From: Paecilomyces variotii
Lineage: Eukaryota
Strand: one strand, 5' to 3'
NCBI GenBank assembly: GCA_004022145.1
Contig: RCNU01000005.1
DNA length: 64,000 nucleotides
Shown piece by piece: positions 1-13,888 of this stretch. The position numbers and the translations under genes were made by a program. Each line of letters starts with the position of its first letter. Position 1 is the stretch's first letter. The notes under the pieces were generated by a model that worked only from the letters and a program-made list of their open reading frames with translations, was not told the DNA's origin and searched no databases.

Positions 1-908
1 TCACGCGCCACGAAGACACTCCCGGAACTTTTCCGCCCAGCTCTGACTAGGAAAGCATTAGACGAGCTTCTCATTGGGCCTCTCGACCTATCATAGTCTG
101 TCGATTTTTATTGGATGTCCCTTTCTTGAGATCACTGATCCTTCAACTTCCTCGCGCTAAGACTGTTTGAAACGGCTACACGCAGATAAATACGACTTGG
201 ACTCTACTGCCTAACTCATCGTCAACATACGCGCCAGCGGAGAAACAGATCTAGGCAAATGTCAGATACATTCTCTTCCAGAGATTGAGGCTACCTCTCA
301 AATTATCAGTTCACTACAAAATGCATACAGCTAGACAATGGATAGTTTCGACAGACAGCAGTGGGGGGCTATCAGAATTGGGTATTTCTAGATTACAGAC
401 AGAGTCGCTTTCATCCGATTTGATGCTTGGGGATGGTCTGTTGACTAGTCGATGGTCTTCATCCCAGGGCACTTCTTACCATGTCTGTCAACGCCGGGAG
501 AGGATTGCGAACCTGTCGCTTATTCAGCTCATCGAATAAGTAAAAGCGGGATGCGGAGATATCGTGGATAGTTTAGGTGGAGCGTCCGGAGAATCACTCC
601 ACATCGAAGGATTCAAGAAGCCCCCTGGAAACAATAATTCTAGTTGTGGCTCGTGACGTCAAAAGAACCGTCCTGCTGGGACATTCCATCCAGTGGAGAT
701 ATCGAGACTGCAAACTATGAAATCTGGGGGTATTCTAGACCGTTTGCCTCTTTTCCCACAGGACGTTCGTGGGTCTCTATATACTCCTCGCATCATCCAC
801 CTTCATTTTCAGTATACTCAGGATGGCCTGGTCTTAGTCGGGTCATCAGAACCATACCTTATATACCTCTCTACAATCCATATATTACGGACAAGATAAG
901 GCCACGTT

Positions 909-2921
909 ATGTCACAGTCATCAATCCGCCATGCGGGACATCATTATACATCCCGGACCCGTCCAGAAGATGCGGGCAAACGAGAGGCTCCTGATGGTGC
1001 TGCTGATGGCACCGCTGATGGTGCTGCCGATGGTGCTGCCGATGGTGCTGGCCCAGGGCCAGATGGAACCGCCACTCATCAAGAGAAGTCAGAAAGACCA
1101 GACGGAAAGATCGAACTTACAGAAGAAGATTGTTGGGACAAGCTAGGTTTTGCTTTCCCAAAGTGGAAGAAATGGCTCATTATCACCATTATCTTTGCGG
1201 TCCAAGTTTCGATGAACTTCAATGCAAGTCTCTATGCCAACGTTGTCACTCCGCTGTCGTCACACTTTTCGATTTCTGAGCAGGCTGCAAGAGTGGGCCA
1301 GATGATATTCCTCGTCGCCTACGCATTTGGAAGCGAACTTTGGGCTCCATGGAGCGAGGAATTTGGACGATGGCCAATTATGCAGATGAGTTTGACTCTC
1401 GTCAATATCTGGCAAGTCCCATGCTCAGTTGCACCGAATTTCGGAACCATTATTGTATGTCGCGGTCTTGGTGGTCTGTCCTCTGCTGGCGGTTCTGTGA
1501 CACTGGGGATGGTCGCGGATATGTGGGAACCTGACGAACAACAATATGCAGTTGCTTATATTGTTCTTTCCTCCGTGGCTGGATCTGCCCTCGCCCCCAT
1601 TATTGGAGGATTTGTAACAAAATACTGCACTTGGCACTGGAACTTTTGGATACAGCTCATCCTTGGAGGCTTCGTTCAATTCCTTCACTTCTGGGTTCCG
1701 GAGACGCGATGCAGCATCCTAGTCACCCGAGAAGCTAAAAGGAGAAGGAAGCACGGCGAAAATGTCTGGAGCGCGGACGAACTCAGAGAGAAGCGCATTG
1801 GAATCAAGGATGTCATGGTCATTTGGGCACGGCCATTTGTGATGTTTGTCCGCGAGCCCATCGTCCTCTGTTTATCACTTCTTAGCGGTTTCAGTGATGC
1901 TCTTATTTTCACCTTTCTTGCATCCTACAAACTAGTCTATGAACAGTGGGGTTTTGGCCCAGTGGATACAGGTCTTGCATTTATCCCGTAAGCTCCGAAT
2001 GATTTCTTGTTTCTTTCGCTCCAGCCTTACTGATAAAAGACGTTTAACTGTTGCAGGATCATGATCGGATATCTCATGGCTTACGCCTCATTTCTTCCCT
2101 GGATTCACCGACATTGCAGAGTCCGCGAAAGGGATCCAGATGCCCTTAAGCCTGAGGCGCGACTTTACTGGCTGCTTTTCAGTGAGCACCGTTACTGTCT
2201 TCCTATTCTCCAATATCTATGAGGACTAATAGTAGCTACCAGCTGCCCCACTTGAACCGATTGGTCTTTTCGGATTTGCCTGGACAAGCTTAGGACCTCC
2301 ACTCACACACTGGATAGCGCCCATGATCTTCTCAACCTTGATCGCAGTTGCTAACGTACGTGCACGTTCCTGTGTTGTTTTCCAGTGTGTTGTTTTGTGT
2401 TATTGCTGATACGTGATCAAGTATGCTATCTATATGGCCACCATAGACTATATGGTTGCTAGCTACGGTCCTTACTCGGCCTCGGCTACTGGAGGTAATG
2501 CGCTCGCCAGAGATCTACTGGCTGGAATAGCGGCTATGTATGCGACTCCGAGTAAGTTCTTTACAATGCGCCGCTGTGCCAGTTCGGAAATTGATATTCG
2601 GTGACAGTGTATTCGAACATTGGACACCGCCTGCACTTGGAGTGGCCCTCTACGATCCTGGCATGCATTGCAATCATCGTGACGATTCCTATCTATATAT
2701 TCTACTGGTGGGGACCTAAAATCCGCGAGCATTCCCGGTTCGCCCAGACTTTGGCTAGTGAACGAAGGTCGCGTGGAACCGAAGCATCCACTTGTGGGTC
2801 CGGAACGTCAGGTCCTGAGGAAGCATACTTTGGCACCAGAAGCAGAAGTGCGAGCCAATGCAGCAGTAGAACTAGGAGGAGGATGGCTTCAGGGGCAGAT
2901 GGGGCCGACGGGGCCGTTTGA
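909..2921 (+). CDS. MFS multidrug transporter (DHA1 family), 5 exons
   Basis: Motifs WAPWSEEFGRWP, WFWIQLILG-like, PETR, PEARLYW and YGPYSASATGGN. Introns 1988-2056, 2182-2242, 2356-2421 and 2552-2607 join ORFs 909.., 2413.. and 2601.. in frame. Confidence 0.92.
987..1046 (+). repeat. 12-nt coding tandem repeat x5 (xxDG units) in the MFS N-terminus
   Basis: gctcctgatggt gctgctgatggc accgctgatggt gctgccgatggt gctgccgatggt. Confidence 0.85.
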
Positions 2922-2948
2922 GCTGCGTGAGAATGAAAGGAAAGAAAG

Positions 2949-2970
2949 AAACAAACAAACAAACAAACAA
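2949..2970 (+). repeat. (AAAC)n microsatellite just downstream of the MFS stop
   Basis: aaacaaacaaacaaacaaacaa. Confidence 0.8.
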
Positions 2971-4737
2971 CCATCCTTCTATCCCTTTATTCATCTCATA
3001 TCTTCATGATTTTCCCTTGGCCCGAGTACCACCGGGCTTACGGAGTACTCCGTGCTCGAATAATAATAATAATATCGTCTTTGTCCTCTGCAGCCTAGTT
3101 AGTATGGTGGGGTATGCATTAAGAGAAAAAATAGAAAGAAAACTACATTCTATGCGCACTATCTAATTCAACGGCCTTAATACACGATCGAAAAGGAAGA
3201 TCATCGGAAATAATAATATAAACTACGGAGTATCTACAAACTTTTTACCTCTTTACTTTTCCTCATACTATCTCAGTCTGAGAGCGCCTAGTAATAAGCA
3301 ACAGCACTTTTATCTTTAGATAATATAATCTAAAAGTATCTTGTAACCAAAAATAATATCACTAGAATCCCAACACAAAAGCGCCCGCTCTGATCCTAAT
3401 AATAATAATGTATGACTTGATACTTCATTTGCTGCGTCTCCGACCGACCCCCTTTTGCGGGTCCCTAGAAGCTTAGACGTCGCTGAAATCAGTTGTAAAA
3501 AGACGCAACAAAACAACTCAGCTTATCCACCTCGACATGTCGTGTCTCTTTACTACTTCATGACCCATACCGTACAGACAATGAATATCAACGGTAAAAG
3601 CAGTGTCATTGAATCTAGACCAAGACATGACGTTGTGCATTAGCTCGACGTCATCTCACAAGTTGTTCCTGACGTCGGAGCGTATCGCCCGAAATGGAAT
3701 AGGTGGATCGGAATTATGGACCGAGCGGGTCTTCCGTCCGATCGATCTCAGATCCGCTGCGAGCCAATCATATTCTGGAATATATAATCCCGATTCTAAA
3801 AGGCGAGGTAATTAATCCTAGACGTTTCCGCCAGTTGTAGTCTCTCTGGAGATGGAGTGTGAGAAGTAATTCTCAGGAAGCATAAAGGATAACTAGTGGC
3901 ATTTGACTCAAGATGTAGAGATATTCCATTTTACACTCGTGGTCTGGGCCGTCTATGTACGTACAATAGATAGGCACTAAAATACTTGAGAACGAGAACC
4001 GGAATAGCGGCTATACATAATTCCGGCTGTCAAAAAAAAAGGCTCTTGATAGAATGCATGGAGGACCCTTCCATCTGACCCATGCTAAATCCGTCGGTGG
4101 AGGTTCTCGCGGGGCCCGGTTAGATTGGAATAATAATAGCGGTAGCTACCCTCATGCTCACCGCTGTTCATTATTATTGAGCACTCAGCGCTGAACACAG
4201 ACCACCAATCGACTGGGATGCAGCACGTATTACTGAATAGATAGTCAGTGGGTCTCACGATGGTCCGTCAGACTCCATATTCGATTAGTCGATAGTAGTC
4301 AAACAAAGCGGAAACACCTCGACAGCGCCAGTCTGTGAAACAGGACACCAGCTTTTCCGCTCCGCTCAGTATATGCCAAACGCCGGACAGAACGGATGAG
4401 GTCTTTCTTTGCAAGATCCATATGTCTAGCCTCAACGGGGTCTTCCTTTGACGGACGGGCGACTAAAAGGTCGACATAAGATCCATTCTTACGACGCCCG
4501 ACGCAGTAGATCCATCGCTGTTCAGCAACATCGACGCCGCTAGAAGCGCTGACGGAAAATGATGCGATATCGCAGGGATTGGAGCTACGGTCTGAACAGT
4601 TTAGCCCACTTTGTGAACGAGCCATTCGGCTTCCACCGCAGATGGCTCATTAGGCGCTGGTCACAGACGTTGAACCGTCGCATATGGTTCAGGCTGAAGC
4701 CAAGTCTGATGTTCATGTATCGAGAACAATAGAGAGG

Positions 4738-7180
4738 CTATCTCTCCCAATCTGCCTGTAGTTGTTTGATCCGATAGTCCGTCGACCATCCAAAATCGGC
4801 CTCGATGCCCCGCAGGAGATCAATGATAATTTGCCTCTCTTCCGGGTTCTCAAGACACTGTCCTGCGACAAACAGTGGCTGCACCATATGGATCCGTACA
4901 GCACCTTCGGGTCGTCCAAGTGCAATTCCGCAAATCTCTCGACAACGATGCTCCACCTCTTTGGTCACTTCACGGAAACCCTGTAGACGATCCCGGGCAG
5001 TGCTAGCACTTGAAACAACATCAGGTGGCCTGTTCAAGAGCAGTGCTATTCGAGCGAAGTGAAAATGCTGCATCGTTGCGGCACAAATTGGAAGGCTATA
5101 GAATATCTCCGGGAACGGCAGACGAGCAGTGTCAGATGGTACAGACATGTCTCTGGGTTGTTCGATCCGCACGCAAGGGCGAAATGTCTCTGGAAGCCCT
5201 TCCACCCATGTCTGAAACTCGAAACACAGTCGTAGCCAGACGGTAGTAGTGGGATATGCTGGTGGAGACGTGGCTATTTGCGGTTCGTCCACACTCGACA
5301 TCATCGACGAGGGTGTCGCCCATTGTGCTAACTGCGACTCCTTGCTTTTCGCCAGAAAATTGATGAGCTTAGAAAGAAGCCAGACCAATCCATTTGCCGC
5401 AATGTCTTCCTTAGTCAATAGGGAATCGTGCTCAGAAGGGCGTGGGACACTGTTGTCTAGTCGAAGAACGCCTTGTTCATCGATAGGTATCCCCGCGCTT
5501 CGCCAAAGTGGCAGGTTCTCTGGATCTAGTTGTGTTTTCGTCCTATTTATATAAGCGGCCAGATAGTCTTCGCGGGCGAATACCCAAAAAGCCGCTCTAG
5601 TAGCCTGCGAAAAGATTGCAGCGTTACACTGCAAGGCGACATGTGACGTCTGGAATGACTCCACCATAGGCTTCAAACCACTCAGATATCTGCGACCATG
5701 GTTACTATACGAGCTGGGGGATATGGAATACTGTCAAGACTCACGTCTCCCATTCCGGTCCTGGTAGATCAAGGAACTCGTAGACCGATAATATCGCTGC
5801 AGTCGGAAGAATTTCGTCAAAGACTTTGGCACCAGTAACCGAGCCATTAACTTTGAAGTCGGATGCGACGGGCATTGCGTTCAGATTCAGGCTCAACCAC
5901 TGACTAATGATCTGAACAGGACTCTCCGCGAGCTCTGAGAATTGAGAGGTCGCAAATGACCCGGGGAGGGACTGTCTCAAGTAGAACAATGCCTGATGAT
6001 AGTAGTTGGCAGCTTTAAAGAACCAATCGACCCTTGGCGCATTTGGATATACTTCCATTGTTGCGGGACTCGTAAACATTCCGCCTCCGACGAGTGATTT
6101 TGCTCCCTTGACCCTGCCCAAATGCTTCGCAGCTGCCGCAGCAACTGCGTACTTCAGCATCGAGCTATTGATGCTTCTGATGGGGACAAATGCGGAGAAA
6201 AGCTTCCCCGCGTCGAAAAGGTCCAACCTGCAGTGGCGTCAGTCAATTGCAAAGCTGGCTAGACCGGGGGGGGATCATCCTTACCAAGGGCCCAGAACCT
6301 CACAAAAGTGCCTGGACAAGAAAGCCATTTCGTGCTCACCCCCAATCATAAGTTCGGACAAAATATCAGAAGGGTCATTTCCGAGTTTCTTCTGGGTTGA
6401 CACTTCGACATTTGTCTGGAGAGCAGGAAACGAAGCTGGGGGTTCAAATGGTGCACTGAGCGAATCTAGAGGGCTGAGAAGAGCGGCACTGTAGGAGCCC
6501 ACTGATGGCCCAATAATGCTCTTTTTATTGAACACAGAAGAGTCTCCTTCATCGTAGTGCGGCAAAGCTACTGTACCATTAAGTTCGCTGGGCAGTTCAG
6601 AGCTCGTGGAACCATCCCCAGCGGTGGGCGCAGTAAGTTCCAGTGCACCTGTACTACCTGAATCCGCAGAATCTGCGGTAGGATCATTGTTGCTTTGGGC
6701 CATTGGTTCGCTTCCAAGAGCGTCCTTCTCTGGGCCATTCTGATGTGCCTGAGACGCATCGACTGCAGATGTCTTTACATGGCGATCTGCATCAGAAGCC
6801 CGTAGCCTCGAGTCCTGTTTTGGACTTGATGCTTTCTCACGGGAGGCCTGATCGCGAAGTCAGTTTTCAGCCTTTGCATCTATTGGGAAGCAACTTACCG
6901 CTGCAGCCATACTGGCCGTGGTTGACCTGGGAGTATTGCTGTGATACGGGGCATATCGCCGACGCACTGTGGCTCCCTCATCTATGAACTTACGTGTCTG
7001 GACATAACCCGGGCATTCGATGCCTGCTGAAGCGCAGCGGCGACAACCCGGACGAGTCTCATCGCACTAAAGATCATTTTAGCTGCTATACTTGATAGCG
7101 GCAGCATCCGAAGGGGGGCAGACCTTCAAGTGGCGCTGTTTACATCGCTCACAAGCTCTGTTTGATGGAACGCCAGGCAT
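4738..7180 (-). CDS. Zn(II)2Cys6 fungal transcription factor
   Basis: Exon 1 (7180-7124) MPGVPSNRACERCKQRHLK splices to CDETRPGCRRCASAGIECPGY, forming a C6 zinc cluster missed by the ORF track. Downstream exons match ORFs 6281..6703, 5741..6226 and 4738..5676 (CAATMQHFHFARIALL, QPLFVAGQCL). Confidence 0.9.
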
Positions 7181-7740
7181 GATCCCTCCTTTGGTCTTCT
7201 TTCTCAACAGATATTCACTCTTCTTTCTTGCGTGGTCAGAAGACAGGACACGTGCCTGTTTGGTCTTGCGTCTTAATAACGATCCAGTGTATGCCCAGCG
7301 ATGCCAAGCTCTTGGTGCAACTGGTGAACGGGATGGACCCTGAACAGGATCCGCAGGCTGCTGCTTGACCAGACGTCAATCCTTGAGATTGTGAAGATTC
7401 TCGAACATATCTAGCCCCTGGAAACCCGCTGATCAGTCAATAGTGCGCTGGCATGGCCACCCGGTAGATTCTTTTAATATCGCGCAGGATGGAGCAGGCA
7501 GGAACTCAGGTCACGTGAGATCCGGCATTCGGGAGAAACTCGGGGCAAATCACCCATCTCGACCGTTGGCGATGAGGCCCCCGCTGCCAGTCTCACCGCC
7601 CGCATGTACTCCGGCAGAATGATTATCTGGTCGCGCCCTTCGAGACGAGGGCCCTTCCCGACCTCATTATCCTCAGGTGCAAGAGTGCAAGAGTGCCGCT
7701 GGGGGCATCGAGCAGGTCCTCTGGGTGTCTGATCCTCATC

Positions 7741-8766
7741 ATGCTCCGCTCAACCTTCTTGGGCTTTGCCGTTCCCCAAAGACCTCCAGATCAGAGGTAT
7801 CAACCGCCACTCAAGCGTAGGAGGCCCGATGATAGCGCTACACCCAGTAGCTCAACGGGGGACTTATCTTCAGAACTGCGGGATGTATCTACACTTCCAT
7901 TTGCCACGGGCTTGATTTCTGAACGGGAGCACAGTCAAATCTATACGGATTGGATCAGTAAGTCTCCCTTGACAAACATTATACTTTCCAGACACGCTAA
8001 TGCATTCGGTAATGTAGAGGCTGGCAAACCTCACAATTTCATCTGCCACGAGTGTCGAAAGCCAGATAATCTACTTTTGTGCAAGACATGCTGCAGGTCA
8101 TATCATACATCCTGTGTACCTGCGTCTCCTGTGCCAGGGAACTTCGAGGATTTTCATTGTCCCTCCTGCAAAGAGAAGCACTGGGATATCTCCCCACCGA
8201 GAATACTCCCAAGCGCACCACCGTCTGACATCTCACGGAGTGTCTCCCCCAGTGTCACCGAAGCTGATAGACGCACAGCATCCATGAGTCACAATCACAG
8301 TGAGCATGGTTCGCCCGCAGGTCGAGTAAGCACTCCTCACCTCCAATTCTCTGCCGACGTGGGCGATCTATGGCCCAATTCGACCATACCCTTCCGTCCC
8401 AATATCGACCCTACGACTCGAGCAAGAGATTTCCTAGCAGAGTACGGTGGACTCCCTTCCAGCCAAGACTACCGACCAGACTTTCTTCTTCAGTTAGGGA
8501 GGATCATCCAGCAGGCTGAATCCAGCGATCAGTCTCTGAAAGAGGCCGAATCGCTGAGGGAAGAAAATGCGAAGCTGAGAAGAGAAAATTCACAGCTCAG
8601 ACTAAATTTGAGCTCGCGCTTATCTTCACGCGATCCTGCTCTCTCTCTTCGACGCAGTCCTTCTGCCACACGGACATATACTTCCTCCAACAATTCGGTT
8701 GCTTCTCTGATTCCTCCTGATGTCTCTGAGCGGTCATGGGACAGGATCATCTCAGATGTGTTTTGA
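7741..8766 (+). CDS. PHD-finger protein with C-terminal coiled coil
   Basis: C4HC3 pattern CHEC..LLLCKTCCRSYHTSC..FHCPSC; coiled coil LKEAESLREENAKLRRENSQLR. First ATG at 7741; probable intron 7958-8017. Confidence 0.8.
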   Translation: MLRSTFLGFAVPQRPPDQRYQPPLKRRRPDDSATPSSSTGDLSSELRDVSTLPFATGLISEREHSQIYTDWISKSPLTNIILSRHANAFGNVEAGKPHNFICHECRKPDNLLLCKTCCRSYHTSCVPASPVPGNFEDFHCPSCKEKHWDISPPRILPSAPPSDISRSVSPSVTEADRRTASMSHNHSEHGSPAGRVSTPHLQFSADVGDLWPNSTIPFRPNIDPTTRARDFLAEYGGLPSSQDYRPDFLLQLGRIIQQAESSDQSLKEAESLREENAKLRRENSQLRLNLSSRLSSRDPALSLRRSPSATRTYTSSNNSVASLIPPDVSERSWDRIISDVF

Positions 8767-10925
8767 AATCAATTCTACGAGACTCGCTCGATTTCATCAA
8801 TCCGACATAAGGCTGGATACTGTTCTCTGTCTCTCAATGCCCATTACAGAGGGCGTGATTCTTCTTTTCGATGCAGTCTCCAGTTACGATGGTCCTAGCC
8901 TACGAAGGCGCTCCAATCACTCTTCCCCGAGCCTGCTTATACCAGGACGAGGACAGCAGAAAGATTCCTTCCCAAGATCTAACAGACTGGGAGAAAAGCC
9001 GCTGGTGATTTTTTTTTCCACAGACCTCTGTCGCGCATCCGGCCTTGTGCAATCTTACCCTCGGTCCCTACTGCGTCAGCCAGCTTGCCGCGGTTACATT
9101 GCGGCACTAACCGTCGGCTTCTGCGAGCGGAGCTGGTCTCCTGCTCTCGACTTTGAAAGAGAGTTTGCTAGCCGATGAATAAGCAGAATACCCCAGATTC
9201 TCTGCAGCAGATACCCCACCGTTGATGCTGTCAAGTTCACTTCGCTGCATCCGAAATTTCCGGGGCTTCGTTATATAAGCGCACAGGAAGTTTGTCGCAG
9301 CATTTGAGAGTTTGAGATCCCATGCGAAAATCTGGGGTTCGCTTATCGGCGTGCCGGTGGAGAGTCTTACCCGATACGGAAATATACTCCGTCACTTCAT
9401 CCGCCATCAACAATCTGTGTTCGAACTTCGAAGTCCCCCGAAATGCAATATGGGATCTTTCCGTGGAAGTCGGCATCCCTATCAGTCCGATCACTAGGAT
9501 CTCAGCGACCGTGTAGCGGTTCACATGTGCCAACGGCGTCGCTTGGGCAAACTACCACTGCATCAACGCGGTATAGATATAGACTATGAATAGATGATGA
9601 TAATAGACCTATGAACTAACGTTACGTCAATGGGATTACAATATCAAAGATCAATCGTGGTGCTTCAATTTGTTTTGACTGTCTCGGTCTTCAATATAAT
9701 GGAGCTTTCCACGAGTACATCAAGTAAGATAAGAACACCCGTGATACCAAATGCGAATTCAAGTCTGAATAGTTACTATGTGTTCTCTGATCATTAGCTA
9801 TACACACTTGAAATTAGGCCTGCCGTTCTCCACGCTACAGTGCAATTGCGCATAGGGTGACGGCTAATTGTTTTTCCTGCGGAATGTAACAATTAGTTCA
9901 CTACTCCGCTTGACAACAAGATGATAGGAAACCCAAATTTCCCACGAATGACAAGCTCGGTTCTACTTACTGCCAGACACCTCTTTGCACAGCAAACGGT
10001 ATAGCCTTGTGTATCGATATATAAGATACACCGTTGAAATACCTATCATGATAGCAGATCTTCTGTGTTCAGCAGCTTCCAGGTATTTATGAAGCTTTCA
10101 GCTTGGGATACATATTATGCTATGTTCGTCTGAAGAAGCAATCGTTTTAGAGGCCATATAGTGGCCTTGAATGAGGTAATATACTTTCAGTAAAGTGGGG
10201 ATCTGAAAACACGATGATCTGAAAAGTACCATCTTCGGCGAATTGCAGGGTATAATCGTTGCTCGATTGGAGCTGACTTTGGACAGGCGAATGCAATAGT
10301 TACCCTGGATATAATCCGGTCTACAATAGACAAAAATGAACATGTGGAAAAGCCAACGGAATTTTTAATTCCTTTCTCTTTGTTTCCTCAACGCTACCCT
10401 GACCCTCGGTCTGTAACGCCATCGTTGGATATGACACTCTTGCGGCTTTATCCTACGGAGTGATTGTCCTAGCAAACTTACTGAGGGTAGTACCTAGTCT
10501 ACCTTGGCGACGCCAAAACATGGCGATCTTCCAGTGGCCAGTACTACTTAACACGGTGCGCTAAACATTTAGTAGGAACAAGCATCCCGACTCGAAAAAG
10601 CCTGCAGCCAATCCACACCCTGTCCGATGCGTTGGCCAACTCAAGATACAAATAAATCCTGGATATCTCAAGCTGACCCCACGTTGTGTTGAGGCGGGGT
10701 TGTCTTCCCGGTGAGCTCTTCCCCATAACTTTGACGGATAGGAATGTCGCCTTCCCCTTGCAGCCGCACATGGCATGATGGGTTATGGGTGATAGCCCAT
10801 CAAAAAGCGATTCGATCGCCACATCCAGGGTATGAAATCCCTATCTAAGTCATCTTATCCTTTCACGTCTGCAGAGACGCTCTTTGGTGTACCCTGCCTT
10901 TGACGCGTTTCGTCCTCTTCCAAAA

Positions 10926-13606
10926 ATGAGGTCGTTCTCTCCCTTGAAGGGCCCTGTTGGAGCACTTGGCGCTGTACTTCTCGCTCTCTTTGCGGACGCG
11001 GAAGACGCTTATACTGGGTCTTTTGATGTCTTGGATTTCGTTGATCCTCTTATCGGGACAGCAAATGGAGGTTAGTGTTTTAGCACAAGATGTAACCGGA
11101 TATAGCTAAAACTGGATAGGACATGTATTCCCTGGCGCAACACTGCCTTTTGGTGAGTGGTCACTACTGTCCTCAACCAAGTATCTTTTACTGAGAATGA
11201 ATAAGGCATGGCCAAGGCAGTTGCAGATACTGTTGGAGAGAACCAGGCAGGCTTTGCATACGATACGAGCATTGTAACTGGCTTCTCTCACATGCATGAT
11301 TCGGGCACGGGTGGTGTGAGTAGCTTCCTTTCGAAGCATTGTAATACACTACTTCATTCATAAATATCTGATTATTCTTAGTCACCTTCTATGGGAAACT
11401 TTCCCATTTTCCCCCAACTAGCATGCCCGGGGGATGACCTCAACAATTGTGAATGGACAAGTCCAGCCAGAGGGGTCCAATGGGTTAAAGATTCTCCTAG
11501 AGCTCGGCCCGGCTCGTTCAATATCTCTCTGGAGAACGGGATCCATGCTGAAATGACGGTTTCCAATCATTCTGCTCTATACAGGTTCACCTTTCCAGCC
11601 AGTAACACCTCTTTCGCTCCCCTCTCCAACGGAACTGCGTCTGCTACGGGTCCTGTCATTCTTGTTGACCTCATTGATCTGCCACGGTCTCGCTCAAAGG
11701 CCCAGGCGTCTGTTGATCCTTCCACCGGGCGACTGACCGGAAATGGTACCTTCAACCCCAGTTTTGGGATAGGAAGCTATAACATGTATTTCTGTGTTGA
11801 TTTCAAGGGTGCTGAAATCCGAGATACTGGGGTATTCATTAACGATAACAGTAGTACGGACACCAAGACTGTCTCTGTAGGTGCAGCCTATACTACAGCA
11901 GGCGCATTTGTACAGTTCTTTGCTCCCGCAGATAATGTGATTGCAGCCCGCGCTGGTGTCAGCTTTATCAGTGTCGAGAAAGCCTGCGCCAACTCTGAGA
12001 ACGAGATTCCAGACTATGATTTCGACGATCTTGTTTCTAGTGCTGAAACTGCATGGAGGCAGAAGCTAGAAGTCATCAGTGTTGACGCTGCAGGCGTCTC
12101 AACAGATCTGCAAGAAACCTTCTGGAGCGGCGCGTATAGATCGATGATTAGCCCACAGGACTACACAGGAGAGAATCCACTTTGGGAAAGTGACGAACCT
12201 TACTATGACAGTTACTACTGGTTAGTTACCTTCCACTAGTAGCCATCCCATATCGACGACTAACAGGTGAACTACAGCATATGGGACTCATTTCGCAGTA
12301 TTCATCCACTCTTAACCCTCCTCGACCCTTTATCTCAGTCACGCATGATCCGCAGTCTAATCGACATATACCGTCATGTAGGGTATTTGCCCGACTGTCG
12401 AATGTCACTCTGCAAGGGGTACACTCAAGGTGGTTCGAATGCAGATGTTGTTATTGCGGACGCTTTCTTAAAGAAGGTAGCTGATATCGACTGGACCACT
12501 GCATATGAGGCAGTTGTGAAAGATGCAGAAGTTGAGCCACCCAATTGGGACGTCGAAGGACGCGGAGGTCTTCAGAGCTGGAAAACTCTCGGATATATCC
12601 CGACTGATGACATTGACCTCCTCGGGACTGGCACCCACACTCGCAGTATCTCACGGACAGTAGAGTATGCATACAATGATTTCTGTATAGCGGAGATGGC
12701 TTCTCGCATGGGTCATCCGGATGACTACACGAAGTATACGCAGCGTTCATCCAACTGGCGCAACATGTTCAAGGCGAACCAGACATCGTCGATCAATGGC
12801 ATCAGTACCAATTTCACGGGCTTCTTGCAGCCTCGCTATCCGAATGGGACTTGGGGGTTCCAGGACCCCATCTTCTGCAGCCCATTGCTTGATTTTACCT
12901 CGTGCTATCTGAATCCGCAAGGCCATGAGACGTACGAAGGCAGTTGCTGGTTATACACCTTGTGAGTACATATGTCTAAGGCGATCACCAAAGGAGTGAA
13001 AGATTCTAACCTCTCTGAAACAGTTACGTCCCACAAGATATGGCATCACTTATTTCCACACTAGGGGGTCGAGATGAATTTCTTTCTCGGTTATCTTTCC
13101 TCCACGACTCCGGCCTGCTCTACGTCGGCGACGAGCAATCCTTTCTCACCGTCTATCAGTTCCACTACGCTGGTCGACCTGGATTATCCGCTAAACAGGC
13201 ACATGCGTATATTCCCTCGTTATTCAACACATCTGTATCTGGTATCCCTGGAAACGATGACAGCGGTGCCATGGGTTCCTTCGTCGTGCTGAGCATGTTG
13301 GGCCTCTGGCCAGTTCCCGGACAAGACGTATACCTCATCAACCCTCCGTTCTTCAAGGAAATCAGCATCAAAAATAGCGCCACCGGAAAGGTTGCTACGG
13401 TTCGAAACGTCAACTTCGATCCCAACTACGAAGCTATTTACATCCAAAGCGTCAAAAGGGATGGTAAACAATGGACGAAGAACTGGATATCACATGACTT
13501 CTTCCTTGAAGGGGGACTGCTGGAGATTGAGCTGGGACGAAAGGAAAGCTCTTGGGGCACGCATGTTGAGGATCTGCCACCGAGCATGTCTCCATATCAA
13601 TTCTGA
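10926..13606 (+). CDS. Secreted alpha-1,2-mannosidase, glycoside hydrolase family 92
   Basis: Signal-like N-terminus; motifs FVDPLIGT, GHVFPGATLPFGMAKA, GFSHMHDSGTGG, WDSFRS, TQGGSNAD, SRTVEYAYND and PGNDDSGAMGS; 5 GT-AG introns. Confidence 0.95.
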
Positions 13607-13888
13607 AATTCTTCAGTGACAAAAAAGAGATGCATCAATAACTAGACACATAAGTACAAACATTATTAATCATATTCCTTGACAGCCGAATATCTTTTCT
13701 GAAAAATACGGAACTCTCGGTCGAGAAAGTAGATCAGTATATCAGTTGTTGCATACCTTTTTGAGGCAGTATCCTTTTATTAGATCTACAGACAGCCACC
13801 ATCCACTAAACCAATCTAAAACAGATATATCATTCCGATTTCATTCTCATATTAACTACTTTCTTAAACACTCTCAACCCTACTTAAT

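Noticed and set aside
3050-3430. AT-rich TAA-dense tract as a TE relic
   Set aside because: Short, with no terminal repeats or coding remnant; compatible with ordinary 3' intergenic DNA.
8770-9600. Several short overlapping ORFs after the PHD gene suggesting a pseudogene
   Set aside because: No frame resembles a family I recognise; cannot be supported without BLASTX.
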